This document shows, piece after piece, positions 52,284 to 64,000 of a DNA stretch of 64,000 bases. A model generated the notes under the pieces. That model made no database searches and had not been told where the DNA came from. It worked only from the letters and a program-made list of their open reading frames with translations. The DNA is from Lytechinus pictus. Lineage: Eukaryota. Position 1 is the first letter of the stretch, and each line of letters opens with the position of its first letter. Both the position numbers and the translations under genes were made by a program. The stretch is taken from assembly GCF_037042905.1 (NCBI RefSeq), contig NC_087254.1, positions 28,396,001 through 28,460,000 of the forward strand. Direction: 5' to 3'.

Positions 52284-52408
52284 CTCCTGTCTTTGCCATT
52301 GGAATATTTTGATGTGACGTCAGCCGTTGGTTGGCTAAAACTTCTGAGTTTCATGGCGTTGTGGAATGCTTTAACCCACTGATCCTGCTCGTATGCACTG
52401 TCTGTTAA
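52284..52408 (-). CDS. PH-domain gene exon (PH C-terminal helix)
   Basis: TTTTTCAG| ... AG|GTAAAT, phase 0-2. LTDSAYEQDQWVKAFHNAM carries the invariant PH helix Trp. Confidence 0.85.
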
Positions 52409-52528
52409 CTGAAAAATATCAACAATTTTGTTTCATGAATGATATATGACAACATATGACATTAAAATATGATAACGATGCTCATTTCAAACGTCACATT
52501 ACAACAATAAAAGAAGATTGAATTCAAA

Positions 52529-53369
52529 GAGTAAGATCTCCAAGATGAAAATGTCATTGTTTTTGTTTTACTGTGCACCCCCCCTAATTCTATTTCCAAT
52601 CCGATGTCAAATGGGATGAAAAAGTTTTTGTGACAGTTCATAACTTGAATTCCATATAATTCGCATTGAATTCCGATAATTTCAAGCTCTAGCTCCTCAC
52701 ATCACATCCTGTTGCAATATAGAGTTTTTTATTTGAAAAAGTGTGGCATATAAGAGCCTGATTTTTCTGTACCAAAAATGGTATTTGAATTCTAATACTT
52801 TCTTCTGAAGATAACCAGGTATCCATTAATCTTACTAGATACATTACATAATGATTATGTAATATAATGGTTATGTATTGTATTCATTCAAGTTTATTGT
52901 TTATTATAGTGGACCCCAAATTGCATTCCAATGAGGTGCCACTGCTTACTTGGAGTAAGATCTCCAAGATGCAAATGTCATTGTTTTTGTTTTACTGTGC
53001 ACCCCCCCTAATTCTATTTCCAATCCGATGTCAAATGGGATGAAAAAGTTTTTGTGACAGTTCATAACTTGAATTCCATATAATTCGCATTGAATTCCGA
53101 TAATTTCAAGCTCTAGCTCCTCACATCACATCCTGTTGCAATATAGAGTTTTTTATTTGAAAAAGTGTGGCATATAAGAGCCTGATTTTTCTGTACCAAA
53201 AATGGTATTTGAATTCTAATACTTTCTTCTGAAGATAACCAGGTATCCATTAATCTTACTAGATACATTACATAATGATTATGTAATATAATGGTTATGT
53301 ATTGTATTCATTCAAGTTTATTGTTTATTATAGTGGACCCCAAATTGCGTTCCAATGAGGTGCCACTGC
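52529..53369. repeat. Near-perfect 417-bp tandem duplication (period 424)
   Basis: 52529-52945 matches 52953-53369 with two substitutions seen. A 7-nt filler TTACTTG separates the copies. Confidence 0.9.
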
Positions 53370-53604
53370 AGACATCATTGCAGAGGTCTTCGAGCCCACC
53401 CCACCCCCCCCCCCCGAAAATAGGCCTACTCTTAAAATACTTATGAATACATTGGGTTTTTTTTAAGGTGTCGATGTCAAGAAGCCAGTTTTTTTATAAA
53501 AACTTGATTTTAGCGCCTTTTGGATATTAATCTTGATTTGGGTGCCTTCTGGAAATACACTTGATTTTTGGCGCATTTTGCAAACACACTCTTTAAATAC
53601 TCAC

Positions 53605-53718
53605 GTATACATGTGTCTTTTGTAAGGTGACGATCTCGAAGGGGTAATACTTGTAATTGTTGTTCTGCTGTTTCTTCACCGTCTGAACATCAACGAGAGG
53701 GAGAACATCCAGACATTC
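53605..53718 (-). CDS. PH-domain gene exon (PH middle strands)
   Basis: CAGCAG| ... TAC|GTGAGT, phase 0-0, ECLDVLPLVDVQTVKKQQNNNYKYYPFEIVTLQKTHVY. Confidence 0.85.
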
Positions 53719-55784
53719 CTGCTGCCATGGTAACAACAAAATATTTGAAAATGAATGAGCAAGGATCTGCATGTTGTTATCCCCATGTACCGGTTTTTTG
53801 TCATGACTAATACGAGGTGAAAATGAACAATGAAGACAACTTGGGGAGATTGGGAAATTGAAAACAGGGAGTTTTGGCCCACATCCTGATCCATTTGGGA
53901 TGGGATTAAAAAGGGGGGTTATCGCTATTTACATCTTTGGTTCAGGAATCTCTCATTGAATGCCTGCAAGCAGAAAGTGACCGGTAAAATTGCAGTAAAT
54001 TTTATGATGTGTTTTGTTTGTTAGGTACGGTAAACAGTTATTTTCTCTTCCAATTTGCGACGTCAAACAAGACACAAGATTGTCAATTCATTACCGTACG
54101 AATGTCACCCATCCAGTATGTAACGACTTCCCTTAAAACTGCATAATATCCCCCCCCCCCCCTCCCTCTCCCTGCCTGATCGTCGTCCATATTTTCATTT
54201 ATGTGGGATTCGTGCAGATACATGCACTTTGAAGGGCGGATGCATCATAAATAGAGATTAATTGAGAATAATTCGGTAAAACCCTGCTAATATTTTCGGA
54301 CAAGTTTTGGCCGATTTTGATCATTTTAGTAATGATTAATTGACGTTGGCGGAACAGTTTCTATGGTAACTATTAATGATAGACAAGGTCATTCATAAAT
54401 TAAACGGAAATCACGATCACTTCTTAGTAGGACGCGATTGATATTCGATTTAACTGCCAATCGTATTGGAAACGCAATTTTCTTCCTCAATTTTCATCAT
54501 ATCACATTCTGTTTGCATTTTCTCTTGTGTTCTCTTCAGCGTACACACTTAAAATGTTTGGCAACATACTGTCCAATGTGTTGGGTAATGTATGTTGGTA
54601 AACAAATATATATATAGATATAAATATATTCTGGGCAGTTATCAAATTGAGCAATACCCAATATGGACAGATTGTAACCAATAATTGAGTGGACAGTATG
54701 TTGCACAGTGATGGTTAAAAATTTTGCTTTTGCCCACCTTTTTAATAGTGTAAACATGCTATGAAGTGTTACTTTCTCTATAGCATCGCGAGCTCTCCCA
54801 AAACACTTCACAAATTTCCGGTCACAAAAATTGCTTTAAAAAAAAGAGCCGATATAATTTTTATCTCGATTTTATTATCATACTTCAAACCAAGTATAGA
54901 TAAGGATAGTTGTAGGATGTAGCCCCTAAAATGCACGAAATGTGAGGGTTCCGTTCAGTGTGGTTCCGTTTCTTTTTTTGGTATTATCAGTTTACTTCAA
55001 AATTGTTATTGCATGAAAAAACCATGATAATCCAGAATATATCCTACTAAGATATCACTTTTGAATCACACTTTTACGCCGAAATCAATCAAATATATAC
55101 ATAGTAGGCTGCAGAGAGGAATAATTTCGATAGATCAAACTGACCTTGATGATCTATCCTTTTCGTAGGCGTAATTAATAGCATGATACGATAAAAAAAG
55201 AATGGTGATATATGAATCGGACAATGTAGGATGAAATATCAACCATAACTTGATTGGATTTCCTTTCCTTGATAACAGAGAATGCCGAATTTCAATATTT
55301 AAGTAACTGAGTAAGGGGTGTTGCGGGAAAATATTTGCAGTCAATTGCAAATTTCTGTTCCTAAAGTACAACTGATATATCAACTTGTAACTATTACAAA
55401 TTTGCAAGAATCAGAATAACAATCAAGACTTTTGCTTAATGTGAATTTGCAATCAATTACCAGACTTGTGACTGATTTTGTGACCTAAATTTGACTTGCA
55501 ATTGATTGCAACTTACTTGCAATGCCCCATATAAGGAAATACCACCTGTGTATATGATTACACGTGTAATATAAGGATATAATTACATGTAATGTATTGT
55601 ATAATGTTAATTTTTGTATATCAAAGAAATATCAGAACGTGTCTATAACAACATGAACAAAGCAATTGTTTTGGGAAAACAATTACAAATATACGTAAGA
55701 GGCCACAAGTTCTGCACTTTTAGCCACCAATGACACTTTTCGGAAATAAAATACTGGCTCATTCATTTATATAGTTCCATTTAA

Positions 55785-56381
55785 AGGGATGCTCCGGACT
55801 GAAGATATTTACATCTCAATAAATATAGTAAAATTCACAGAGCAAAATGCTGCAAATTTCATCAAAATCGGATAACGAAGTTATTGAATTTTAAAGATTT
55901 GCATTCTTCGGGTGAAACAGTTCTATGCATGTATTCGTCAGTATTCATTAGGTGGACTGATGATGTTATATCCCCACTTGTTCTTTTGTGTTTTATTATA
56001 TGAAATTAGGTTTATTCAAATATTTTCTATGAAGAACTTGAACAATTGGATTGACAACTGATTTAGTGCATTAGTTATTTCTTGCTGCAACTTATTTCAT
56101 CATAATGCATGGAGATGCATCATTTACACATTTATGAAAAAAAAATTGTAATTTCATGTAATGACATAAGAAAAAAGGAAAGTGGGGGTGTGATATCATC
56201 AGCCCACCTAATGAACATTCTTGAAGACATGCCTAGAACTGTTTCACCAGAATAATGCAAATCTTAAAAATTCAATAACTCCGTTATTTGTTATCCGATT
56301 TTGATGAAAATTCCATCATTGTGCTCTGTGAATTTTACTATACTTATTTAGAAATGAATATCTTCAGCCTGGAGTATCCCT
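55785..56381. mobile_element. Kolobok/T2-like MITE, family B
   Basis: TTAA|AGGGATGCTCCGGACTGAAGATATT...AATATCTTCAGCCTGGAGTATCCCT|TTAA with long inverted arms. Confidence 0.85.
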
Positions 56382-56519
56382 TTAAAGCTTTTTAACTTGT
56401 TTATGGTGCGATGGTGAGACTATATTATATTGATTTTAAAAGAATCATATTTCGAATTTTCATTACACAGTGATTATCGATGATTGACTATTGAAGTAAG
56501 GTTGAAGTAAAATACTTAC

Positions 56520-56600
56520 ATCACTTTTCTTTGCGTCATCTTCTGTCTTGAATGTGATAAATGCATCTTGATTGAGACAAAACCATCTCTTCTTTACACT
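56520..56600 (-). CDS. PH-domain gene exon (PH beta2-beta3)
   Basis: TTCATAG| ... GAT|GTAAGT, phase 0-0. SVKKRWFCLNQDAFITFKTEDDAKKSD matches the PH KKRWFxL signature. Confidence 0.85.
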
Positions 56601-58734
56601 CTATGAATTAAAAGAATATAATATCAAAATGAAAAAAAGAAGATTAATGATACAAAGTCAACAAATTACATGAAAGGAAAACAAAAATCATTGCCTAAAA
56701 TATAAACGCTTCTCGGAATCTCGGTCATAGATAATGATTATGACATTACAATCGGGAATTACTGACGGACATTGCAGATAATGTCATATGATGCTGAAAA
56801 TTTATGTTTTTCATGGAGCCTTAATTGAATTCCTTCGCAGAATTTCAAAATGTGGTTTGTGAACTTAATCGTTTGCGATTATTGTAAAGCATGGCATTCC
56901 CAATTATATATTTTCTTTCATTGAAAGGGGGGATCCAACATTGATAATGAACTGATTTATGTTAATGGGGAAAATTTGAATGGTAAAAGTTTGCGGACCA
57001 AGAAAAAGAAAATTATTGATATTTCAAAAATTTTGATTATTGCGGCGAGTGGTCACCTGTGGTACATAAGGACAACTCCCGATTACTAGTATTAGGAATT
57101 TGTGATTGTTTAAAAAAATCTTTCCCCTGGGGGCAGTAATTAGTGTTACTTTGAAAGCATATTTTTTATTGTTAATTGTCATCAAAGAAAAATATAATTC
57201 TGAGTAAAACTCTGGACAAAGACGACTTGTGTTTATTGGAGCGAAAGAGGAGCACTTGTCCTGTAATACTTTACATCATAGTGACATCATTGCAGCAAAT
57301 TTAATCCCCGTTGTGATATTAAAATTTACAACTTTTGAAATATTTCACATTTCTTTCAATGACTGTCCGGAGTTGTTCAAATTTTTACCGAGATGACCAG
57401 TTTCTCTGTTGTTGCCACCCCCCCCCCCCCCCCTTAACAACATTTCACCTGGACTGGATTCACTTTCGGAAACTCATTGAACATATCAAGTTAATTAAGT
57501 CAAATACACATCTCCGATCAAGTCTGAATGAGACCATTTATTTCATCATATAAATTTTCTCCCACTTTAGAATCATATATGTATGCATAGAATTAATAAG
57601 GGTTTGCAGTTTCATAACAATTGATTTTTATTTTAAAGAGCAATCGATAATTGTGCCATTATTCATGTAAGTCAAATTACAGTTTGTTTGTTTTTTTTTA
57701 TTAATTTTTTATTATGTTGACCAATTATTTTGTTGAATCCATTGTCTGGATATTGTTTTATTTTACACACTGATATTCATGATAATGGGTGCATGGAATT
57801 ATACATGTAAGTTAATTGAAGAATGAATTAATTAATACAGATAAGCAACAAATCGACAAGTAATTTTAGGGAATTCTGAAAACATGAATGCCACGAATGT
57901 CTGTTTCTTTATATGTGTTTTCTTTCGGTTGTTGTTGTTTGTTTATATTTTCGCACGAGCATTTGTGATTGTGTAAATACTGCTTGCTTTTATATGAGCA
58001 CGTGCAAATCATTCCTTGTCTCATTATTCATCTTAAGGTGAAGGTCAATGGTTCCGATGATTAGTAACTCAGTCATAACTTTGAACATGAAGACGTTCAA
58101 GATTGTGGTGTTTGATGAAGGTGCGTTCACACTAGACACATGATGACAGTGAAAAGGCGGTCTTTGACGTAACTGGGCCGTAGTCATGGTAACACTACTC
58201 AAGTCAATGTTAGAACACTGCTGTGAACACATTGTTTGACCTATGTTATTTCGATCAAGGTTAATTTATCAATTATTATTGAATTTTTACAAATCAAACA
58301 AACCGTTTCGATGAGTTCACAGCTCACAGAAATGGTTATATGATCGCATAGAAACTTATACTTCTTAAAATAATATGCTTTAATAACGGTTTGCTAGTAT
58401 TGGGATAAACGATTCACTATACATGTAGTTTCTATTATTATTCTCAAAAGCGCCTGCAACCTTTAATATGATTAATCAGTAAGTTAAGTGGCTGGAGCGG
58501 CACCAAAGGGGGCAGGGATGATCGCCCTTAATTTACATGCTCAAGTTTTTGAAGTATGCATTGGGACAGAAGAGAGAAATAGCTATAGGAAGAAACGGGA
58601 AGAAAGAAGAAGAGTGTATAAAAAGGAAAAGTTTGGGCAGTGTAACTCTATAAATACCCTTATTACATTAGAGGGGGAATGACATCACCTTTTTGGCCCC
58701 CCCCCCCCCCCCATCATAATCCACTGGTACTACC

Positions 58735-59260
58735 CATGTCGTTCTTATAAACCTGTTTTCGTTTTCTTCAAAGATAACATGAGTGTATATAGACATAAAA
58801 TACCATAGTCGTACTATCATTACAAATATAGCTTTGATAGTTATACTATAAAAACAGCATGATGGTATAGACTGCATCTATTCGTTCTATTGTATGCCGT
58901 GATATTTATATTTTAGCAGGAAATAAAAAAATTACATTTCTTTACACCATGAAGTGGTTTTATCTATAATCTAAAAATTTATTAGACAAATTAACTCGAG
59001 GACGTTCATGTCGTTCTTATAAACTTGTTTTCGTTTTCTTCAAAGATAACATGAGTGTATAGACATAAAATGTCATAGCCGTATTCTTAGCTTTGATAGA
59101 AAAAACTATAAAACAGCATGACGATATAGGCTGCATCCACTCGTTTTACTGTATGCCGTGATATTTATATTATAGCAGGAAATAAAAAATGACATTCCTT
59201 TACACCATGAAGTGATTTAATCTTTAATCTAAAAAAATGATAAGACAAAATAACCAGAGG
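58735..59260. repeat. Older tandem duplication, about 272-bp period, 2 diverged copies
   Basis: CATGTCGTTCTTATAAAC starts at both 58735 and 59007. The copies are colinear with scattered differences. Confidence 0.85.
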
Positions 59261-59815
59261 CCGGGTTAAATCAAACCTTTGGAATATCAAATTTTCGGAA
59301 TAACGAGCTTTCACGAAATTCTCTTGATGGAAAAAAAATCCCAAAACAGGATTTGGTTCACATTTTGTACATAAAACGTGTGCTGTTGAAATAACAGCAC
59401 GTCATTGCTTACCATTCAATGAAATACGATAAGAAAATATTGAATCTAACCTATCAACATTTGCAAAATGAAAAGAAACTAAATCCAGACTTGTTTGTTT
59501 TACCAGCTAATTATTTATCGCAGCGCAATATGGAATGTCTATATAGTTCATGTCTTGGGGGTACAAGACTACAAGTAATCATCAAAGTATCTTCTCTATA
59601 GAAATTGTTTACACCTTTCTCATTTCTTGGCCCCAAGATTACACCCCTGTTAAAGTCTTGTCACTCTCGATCTAAAACAATTTTCAAACATGATTCACCG
59701 CCCGGGTGTAGTTGCAGTCGTGACAAAGCGAATATCTTTGCCCGCCATGCCAACAACTATATGTAATGAGAATTATAGTTTGCCTGTCATAATACACTTG
59801 GCGAATTCCCTAATA

Positions 59816-60595
59816 CCCAGCTCCCGTACTGTCATGATTTGAGCCACGATTCAAACGTCGTACTTAATCGTGGAGTAATCTTTTACCCTTTTTACACACG
59901 GTAAAATTTCCTTAACCCCGTACTATAGGTGGGGCTAAATTGCCATTTAGCCCCACCTATAGTACGGGGTTAAGCTTAGCCCACTTTCTTTTTACACAGC
60001 ATTTTTGCAAAGTGGGCTAACCCCACCTTTAGTACGGGATTATTTGGCCCTGCAAAAAAGCAGGGTTATCCCAGCAATTGCGGTGCTAAGAGCGATAGTA
60101 CGGGGTTAAGATTGCTAGTGTAAAACGAAAGTGGGCTAAGCTTAACCCCGTACTATAGGTGGGGCTAAATGGCAATTTGGCCCCACCTATAGTACGGGGT
60201 TAAGGAAATTGTAGCGTGTGTTAAAATGGTACGAGTGAAGTACTTGTACTACGAATGATCGACAAAACCACTAGTCCGGGGTTAGCGAGTTTCGTGTGTG
60301 AAAAGCAAGCATTCCTTATCCGGGGTTAGCAATAACAATTTGGCATGTGTAAAAAGAAAAAAAAAATAGTACGGGGTTAAGGATAGTACGGGGTTAGCGA
60401 TAGTCCGGGGTTAAGAAAATCCTGTGTAAAAAGGGTAATATTGATCTTATCCGATCGTATCAAAAGATATCAGATCAGTCGTGGCAATCGTAATGATCGT
60501 TGAAAAAATTAAATAGTTCAAAAATTCTTGCGATCAGTTACCAAAGGCCAATCGTGGCTTTCGTAAAGGATCGCATGCATGCAGAGGGAACGGGG
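59816..60595. mobile_element. TA-flanked MITE hosting a nested insertion (uninterrupted sibling at 63645-63863)
   Basis: TA|CCCAGCTCCC...GGGAACGGGG|TA. The interior AGTCGTGGCAATCGTA and AAAGGCCAATCGTGGCTTTCGTAA blocks are shared with 63645-63863. Confidence 0.65.
59886..60435. mobile_element. Young TA-flanked MITE with internal perfect palindromes
   Basis: TA|CCCTTTTTACAC...GTGTAAAAAGGG|TA with many TAGTACGGGGTTA units. Confidence 0.85.
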
Positions 60596-60988
60596 TAAAA
60601 GAGCAAGTAATGTAAAAATGGCAAACTTTGCGGCGTGAATCATAATTTCATGCTTTTTTCCATTTTATAGGCTTGTGTCGAATTTTCTTTCGGGAATTTC
60701 TTTTTAAAAACTGAAGTATAAAAAATGTTTACATTATTATATTTTATAAGCCTATATATATATAATCTGCAATACGATCAATTATTCTTTGACACCATGT
60801 TTGAAGAATCACTTCACGAAAGCTATATTAGAGTCACGAGGAAATTGATTGTTTATGATAATGGATCTGTTGAAGAAATTAATCGATGATTACTTTACAC
60901 ACTTCTATATACGTTAAAAATAGAATTTATATTAGACAATCATAAAAACGCTTTGTATGAAAATTATTATTTTCCTGATAACACTCAC

Positions 60989-61009
60989 CTCCAAGCACAC
61001 AGAATGCAT
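60989..61009 (-). CDS. Candidate short first coding exon of the PH gene (MHSVCLE)
   Basis: ATG...GAG|GTGAGT is a strong phase-0 donor that fits the 56600 exon. There is no nearby upstream acceptor, and an AP-1 site (TGACTCA) lies at 61161-61167. Confidence 0.3.
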
Positions 61010-61261
61010 AAAATTATGAAATAAGGATCGAACACACACGTAAAAATGTGATTTAAAATATAAAATAAGTGAACAATAATAATTTTGGCTTTATCATTAT
61101 TCTCGTGACGGCATTAGAACAATTATTTTTTGTACAAAGTCTCAGTACAGTTTAGCTGATTGACTCATGTTGTGCCGAATACGTCACAGCGCTTGCACTA
61201 AAACGTGTTTTGTTTTAAAGTGAGATTGACATTATTGGCTTCTGCTTATTTCAACGGTTTA

Positions 61262-61710
61262 CTTCAAATTCGCCTAACGCCAATTCGTCCAATTGCCAAC
61301 TCATCTACTATCGTTTGGTCTATCATCAGTTCGTCCACTATCCACATGGTCTAATTGCCAATTTGTCCACTCACCATTTCGTCTAATAGCCAGTTGGTCC
61401 AATTGTCATTTAGACCATATATCATTTGGTCTTATTGGACTAAGTGTTAATTGTGCAAAATGAATGAAAACGAAATGGATATTAGACCAACTGGTTATGA
61501 GACGAAATGGTCATAGACGAAATGGATTAGACGAAGTGATGATTTGACCAAATGGTTATTGGACGAAATGGTTATTAGACAAAATGTTGATGGACGGAAT
61601 GACATTAGACTAAATGAAATTAGACCGTGTGATTAAACATCACTTTCTATCATTCATTGTTCAACCATTGTGAGTGGACGAGTTGGCAGTAGACGAAATG
61701 GCAATTCACC
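61262..61710. mobile_element. Foldback-like repeat (copy 3 of 3)
   Basis: Colinear with 50333-50745. Confidence 0.75.
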
Positions 61711-63644
61711 ATTGCAACTACTCGGTTTTTGTGATTGATTAATTTGGGAATCATGATGTGGATATATTCATTCGTTACTTAACAAACACCTTTCATGAAC
61801 AGCCCCCAAACAAAATGAAGATTAGTTATTCATAAAAAGAAAGGATACGGGAAATGATCTTCCGATGAAAGTGATTTTTAAGAAATAAAACTCATACTAT
61901 TGCAAAAAGCTTCTAAAGTGCAGGGACATTTTTTTCAAACATCAATTTCAGAACTGAATTGTTTCGTGAGTTTCCTGGAATATCAAAAGTATAGAAAAGA
62001 CTTATAGATATCAAAATGCTTTAAAAGAAGCATTGTTTACACACAAAACTTAGTTGGAAACTATGGTCTAGATTCGTTATTTTTTCTATTATGAATTTAA
62101 ACAAAAATGCAGCGCATGGTCACGGAATTGGAATCGTATTATGGAAGGATATCCTAAAATTGTAATAATATTGTAAATTTACAAAACATTTGCAGGTGAG
62201 GATAGACCTTTTTACGTGATTTTACTCTGGGCAAGTTTTAGTGACGTAATTTCATTGGGGGCTAACTGCACTATGGAAAATTTTTAAACAGTAAGAAATG
62301 ACCCCAAACCATTTGCTCAAAGAAATTTTGTCCATGGTTATGTGACGCGCCCCCTTCCCCGGGGTGCCTGCATGGGAACAGAAAGGTTTCTGCTCCAAAA
62401 ATGAAGGGGATCGCATGAGATTTGGGTCAAATCTCTAAATTTCCAAGGGGTGATGCGAATTGTATAACATAAACAGCACACATGCCTCCCAAGGTCATGA
62501 TCTCCCCTCCCAGGTCTCCCCTCCCCCGCCCAGGAGCAAGTTTTAGGTTGTATCTCCAATTGGAATATGGTAGCTAGCTGTATGAAAATCATGACAACTT
62601 TGCGACATTAGCGTCCCTGTATGCCCCCTCAACCCCCCCCCCCCCTTCCTGAAAAACGGAAGAAACTTCCCCATCGTTGCTTTACCAAAGATATTGAGTG
62701 ATATAATGTCTTGGCTGAACAGAAATCTGAGTGACTTTACAGGATGGGCTGACTCAGACATCACTCTCTCCCTCGGGGAAGGAGCCGGAAGCTACTCAGC
62801 GAGCTACCGGCGATGTGACTCGTCTATGCGTCCTCGTGAATTGCACGTCTTTATCAGAAGTCTATACTGTAAGCTGTTCAAAGCTTTTGAGAACTGTTTG
62901 ACAGAATTTGGAATGACAGACAATTCGAGCGGAGTGAGCTGATGCGACGTGAGGCTAGATTTTCTGGAAGAACCATTTCCCTGAGGAAGAACAATCATTA
63001 GACCCAGTTCTAACTTTATGCTGCACTTGACCTAAATTTTAATTATTCAACACTTGAAATAATGATGGCAATCAATCGTGACCATCAAGAACGACATTCG
63101 AGTCCAGGATTCCATGCCCCGATGCTCTATATATGCACACAAAACACTCCCTGCGGAGCAAAATACCATGCTCACATTTCGGTTCACACGCTATACCTGG
63201 TTGCCAATTTAAGCACCTGGGTGAGGACTCCTTCTCTTGAAGGGGACTTGAACCTCACCCTTGTAGTCTAGATTGATATACCTCTGCTGTCGTTTTTATA
63301 TGCAATGCCACTTTCGAACTAAAACACTATATAATAACACCAATGTAGGCATATTTTGATGAACTGAAAATATAAATTGTCAATAAATATATTGGGGTTA
63401 GAAGACTAAAGGCCATCGACCCGATTTTTTACAAAACATTTTAGGATTTGATGCTAATACTGCATGAGACATGGAATATCTTACTGTGTAAATGTTCTAA
63501 ATCGTCTTACGAATACAATATATCTTCAAATATGTAACTATACTATCACACTTATTATAATAAAAGTGTATTTAATATCTAGTCGTAATGACGTCGTAGC
63601 AATCATACGATTGGCTACGATTTGAAAATAATTTGGCCTTACTA

Positions 63645-63863
63645 CGTAGTTCCCACTGCCACGATTTGCGCCACAATTCAAACAGCAATCTTACTCGTGG
63701 AGCAATCGAAGTGATCTTATCAGATCGTGTCAGGTCATTTCAGATAAGTCGTGGCAATCGTATTGATCGTAGAAGAATTTTGAATGGATCAAAAACTACT
63801 GCGATCAGTTACGAAAGGCCAATCGTGGCTTTCGTAAGGGATCACACGGCATTGGGAACGAGG
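63645..63863. mobile_element. TA-flanked MITE, uninterrupted sibling of 59816-60595
   Basis: TA|CGTAGTTCCC...GGGAACGAGG|TA with a shared interior. Confidence 0.6.
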
Positions 63864-64000
63864 TATTACTCCAAAATAAAAAAGCTTGCAATCATCCAAA
63901 ATTGTTATATTAGTATTCTTTCAGCTTATTTAAGCCTCAAATAAAGAGATACATTTCATTATAATTTTCAGAAAATGAATAAAATGTGATTTGTTTCAAA

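Noticed and set aside
62690-62980. GC-rich exon-like block (ORFs 62694-62942 and 62804-62998)
   Set aside because: It has an acceptor-like site, but I found no recognisable domain and no phase-consistent join to the PH exons. Left uncalled.
63195-63267. Minus-strand peptide SPSREGVLTQVLKLAT as the first PH strand
   Set aside because: The acceptor is weak and the phase awkward. The DNA (GGTTCAAGTCCC B box, CACCCAGGTG..AAAT core) looks like a SINE remnant.

Overview
This is AT-rich eukaryotic (animal) genomic DNA with four assembly gaps. It is almost certainly a sea urchin, because its solitary linker histone closely resembles echinoid H1-delta. Three protein-coding genes are supported. (1) An intronless, stem-loop-less H1-delta/H1.0-type histone (31981-32523, +) with TATA, YY1 and two HINFP-like promoter sites. 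(2) A 7-exon TTF-type zinc-finger / coiled-coil gene (35425-41262, +, about 771 aa by my exon join), probably derived from a hAT transposase. (3) The 3' part of a PH-domain docking/adaptor gene (48529 to 56600 or beyond, -) with an acidic tail carrying YDEP/YDVP/YDNV motifs and a candidate alternative short terminal exon. The left 17 kb holds a chain of minus-strand exon-like blocks with good splice sites but broken frames (decayed gene or lncRNA). The rest is dense with non-autonomous DNA transposons (Kolobok/T2-like, piggyBac-like, Tc1-like, Harbinger-like, some nested), SINEs, microsatellites and local duplications. The most unusual unexplained structures are a G.U-biased, covarying hairpin array just downstream of the H1 gene, a 73-bp satellite made of RSS-heptamer (CACAGTG) motifs with one 12-RSS-like site nearby, and a double-tailed inverted LINE 3'-end insertion. 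All calls were made by eye; no database search was run.
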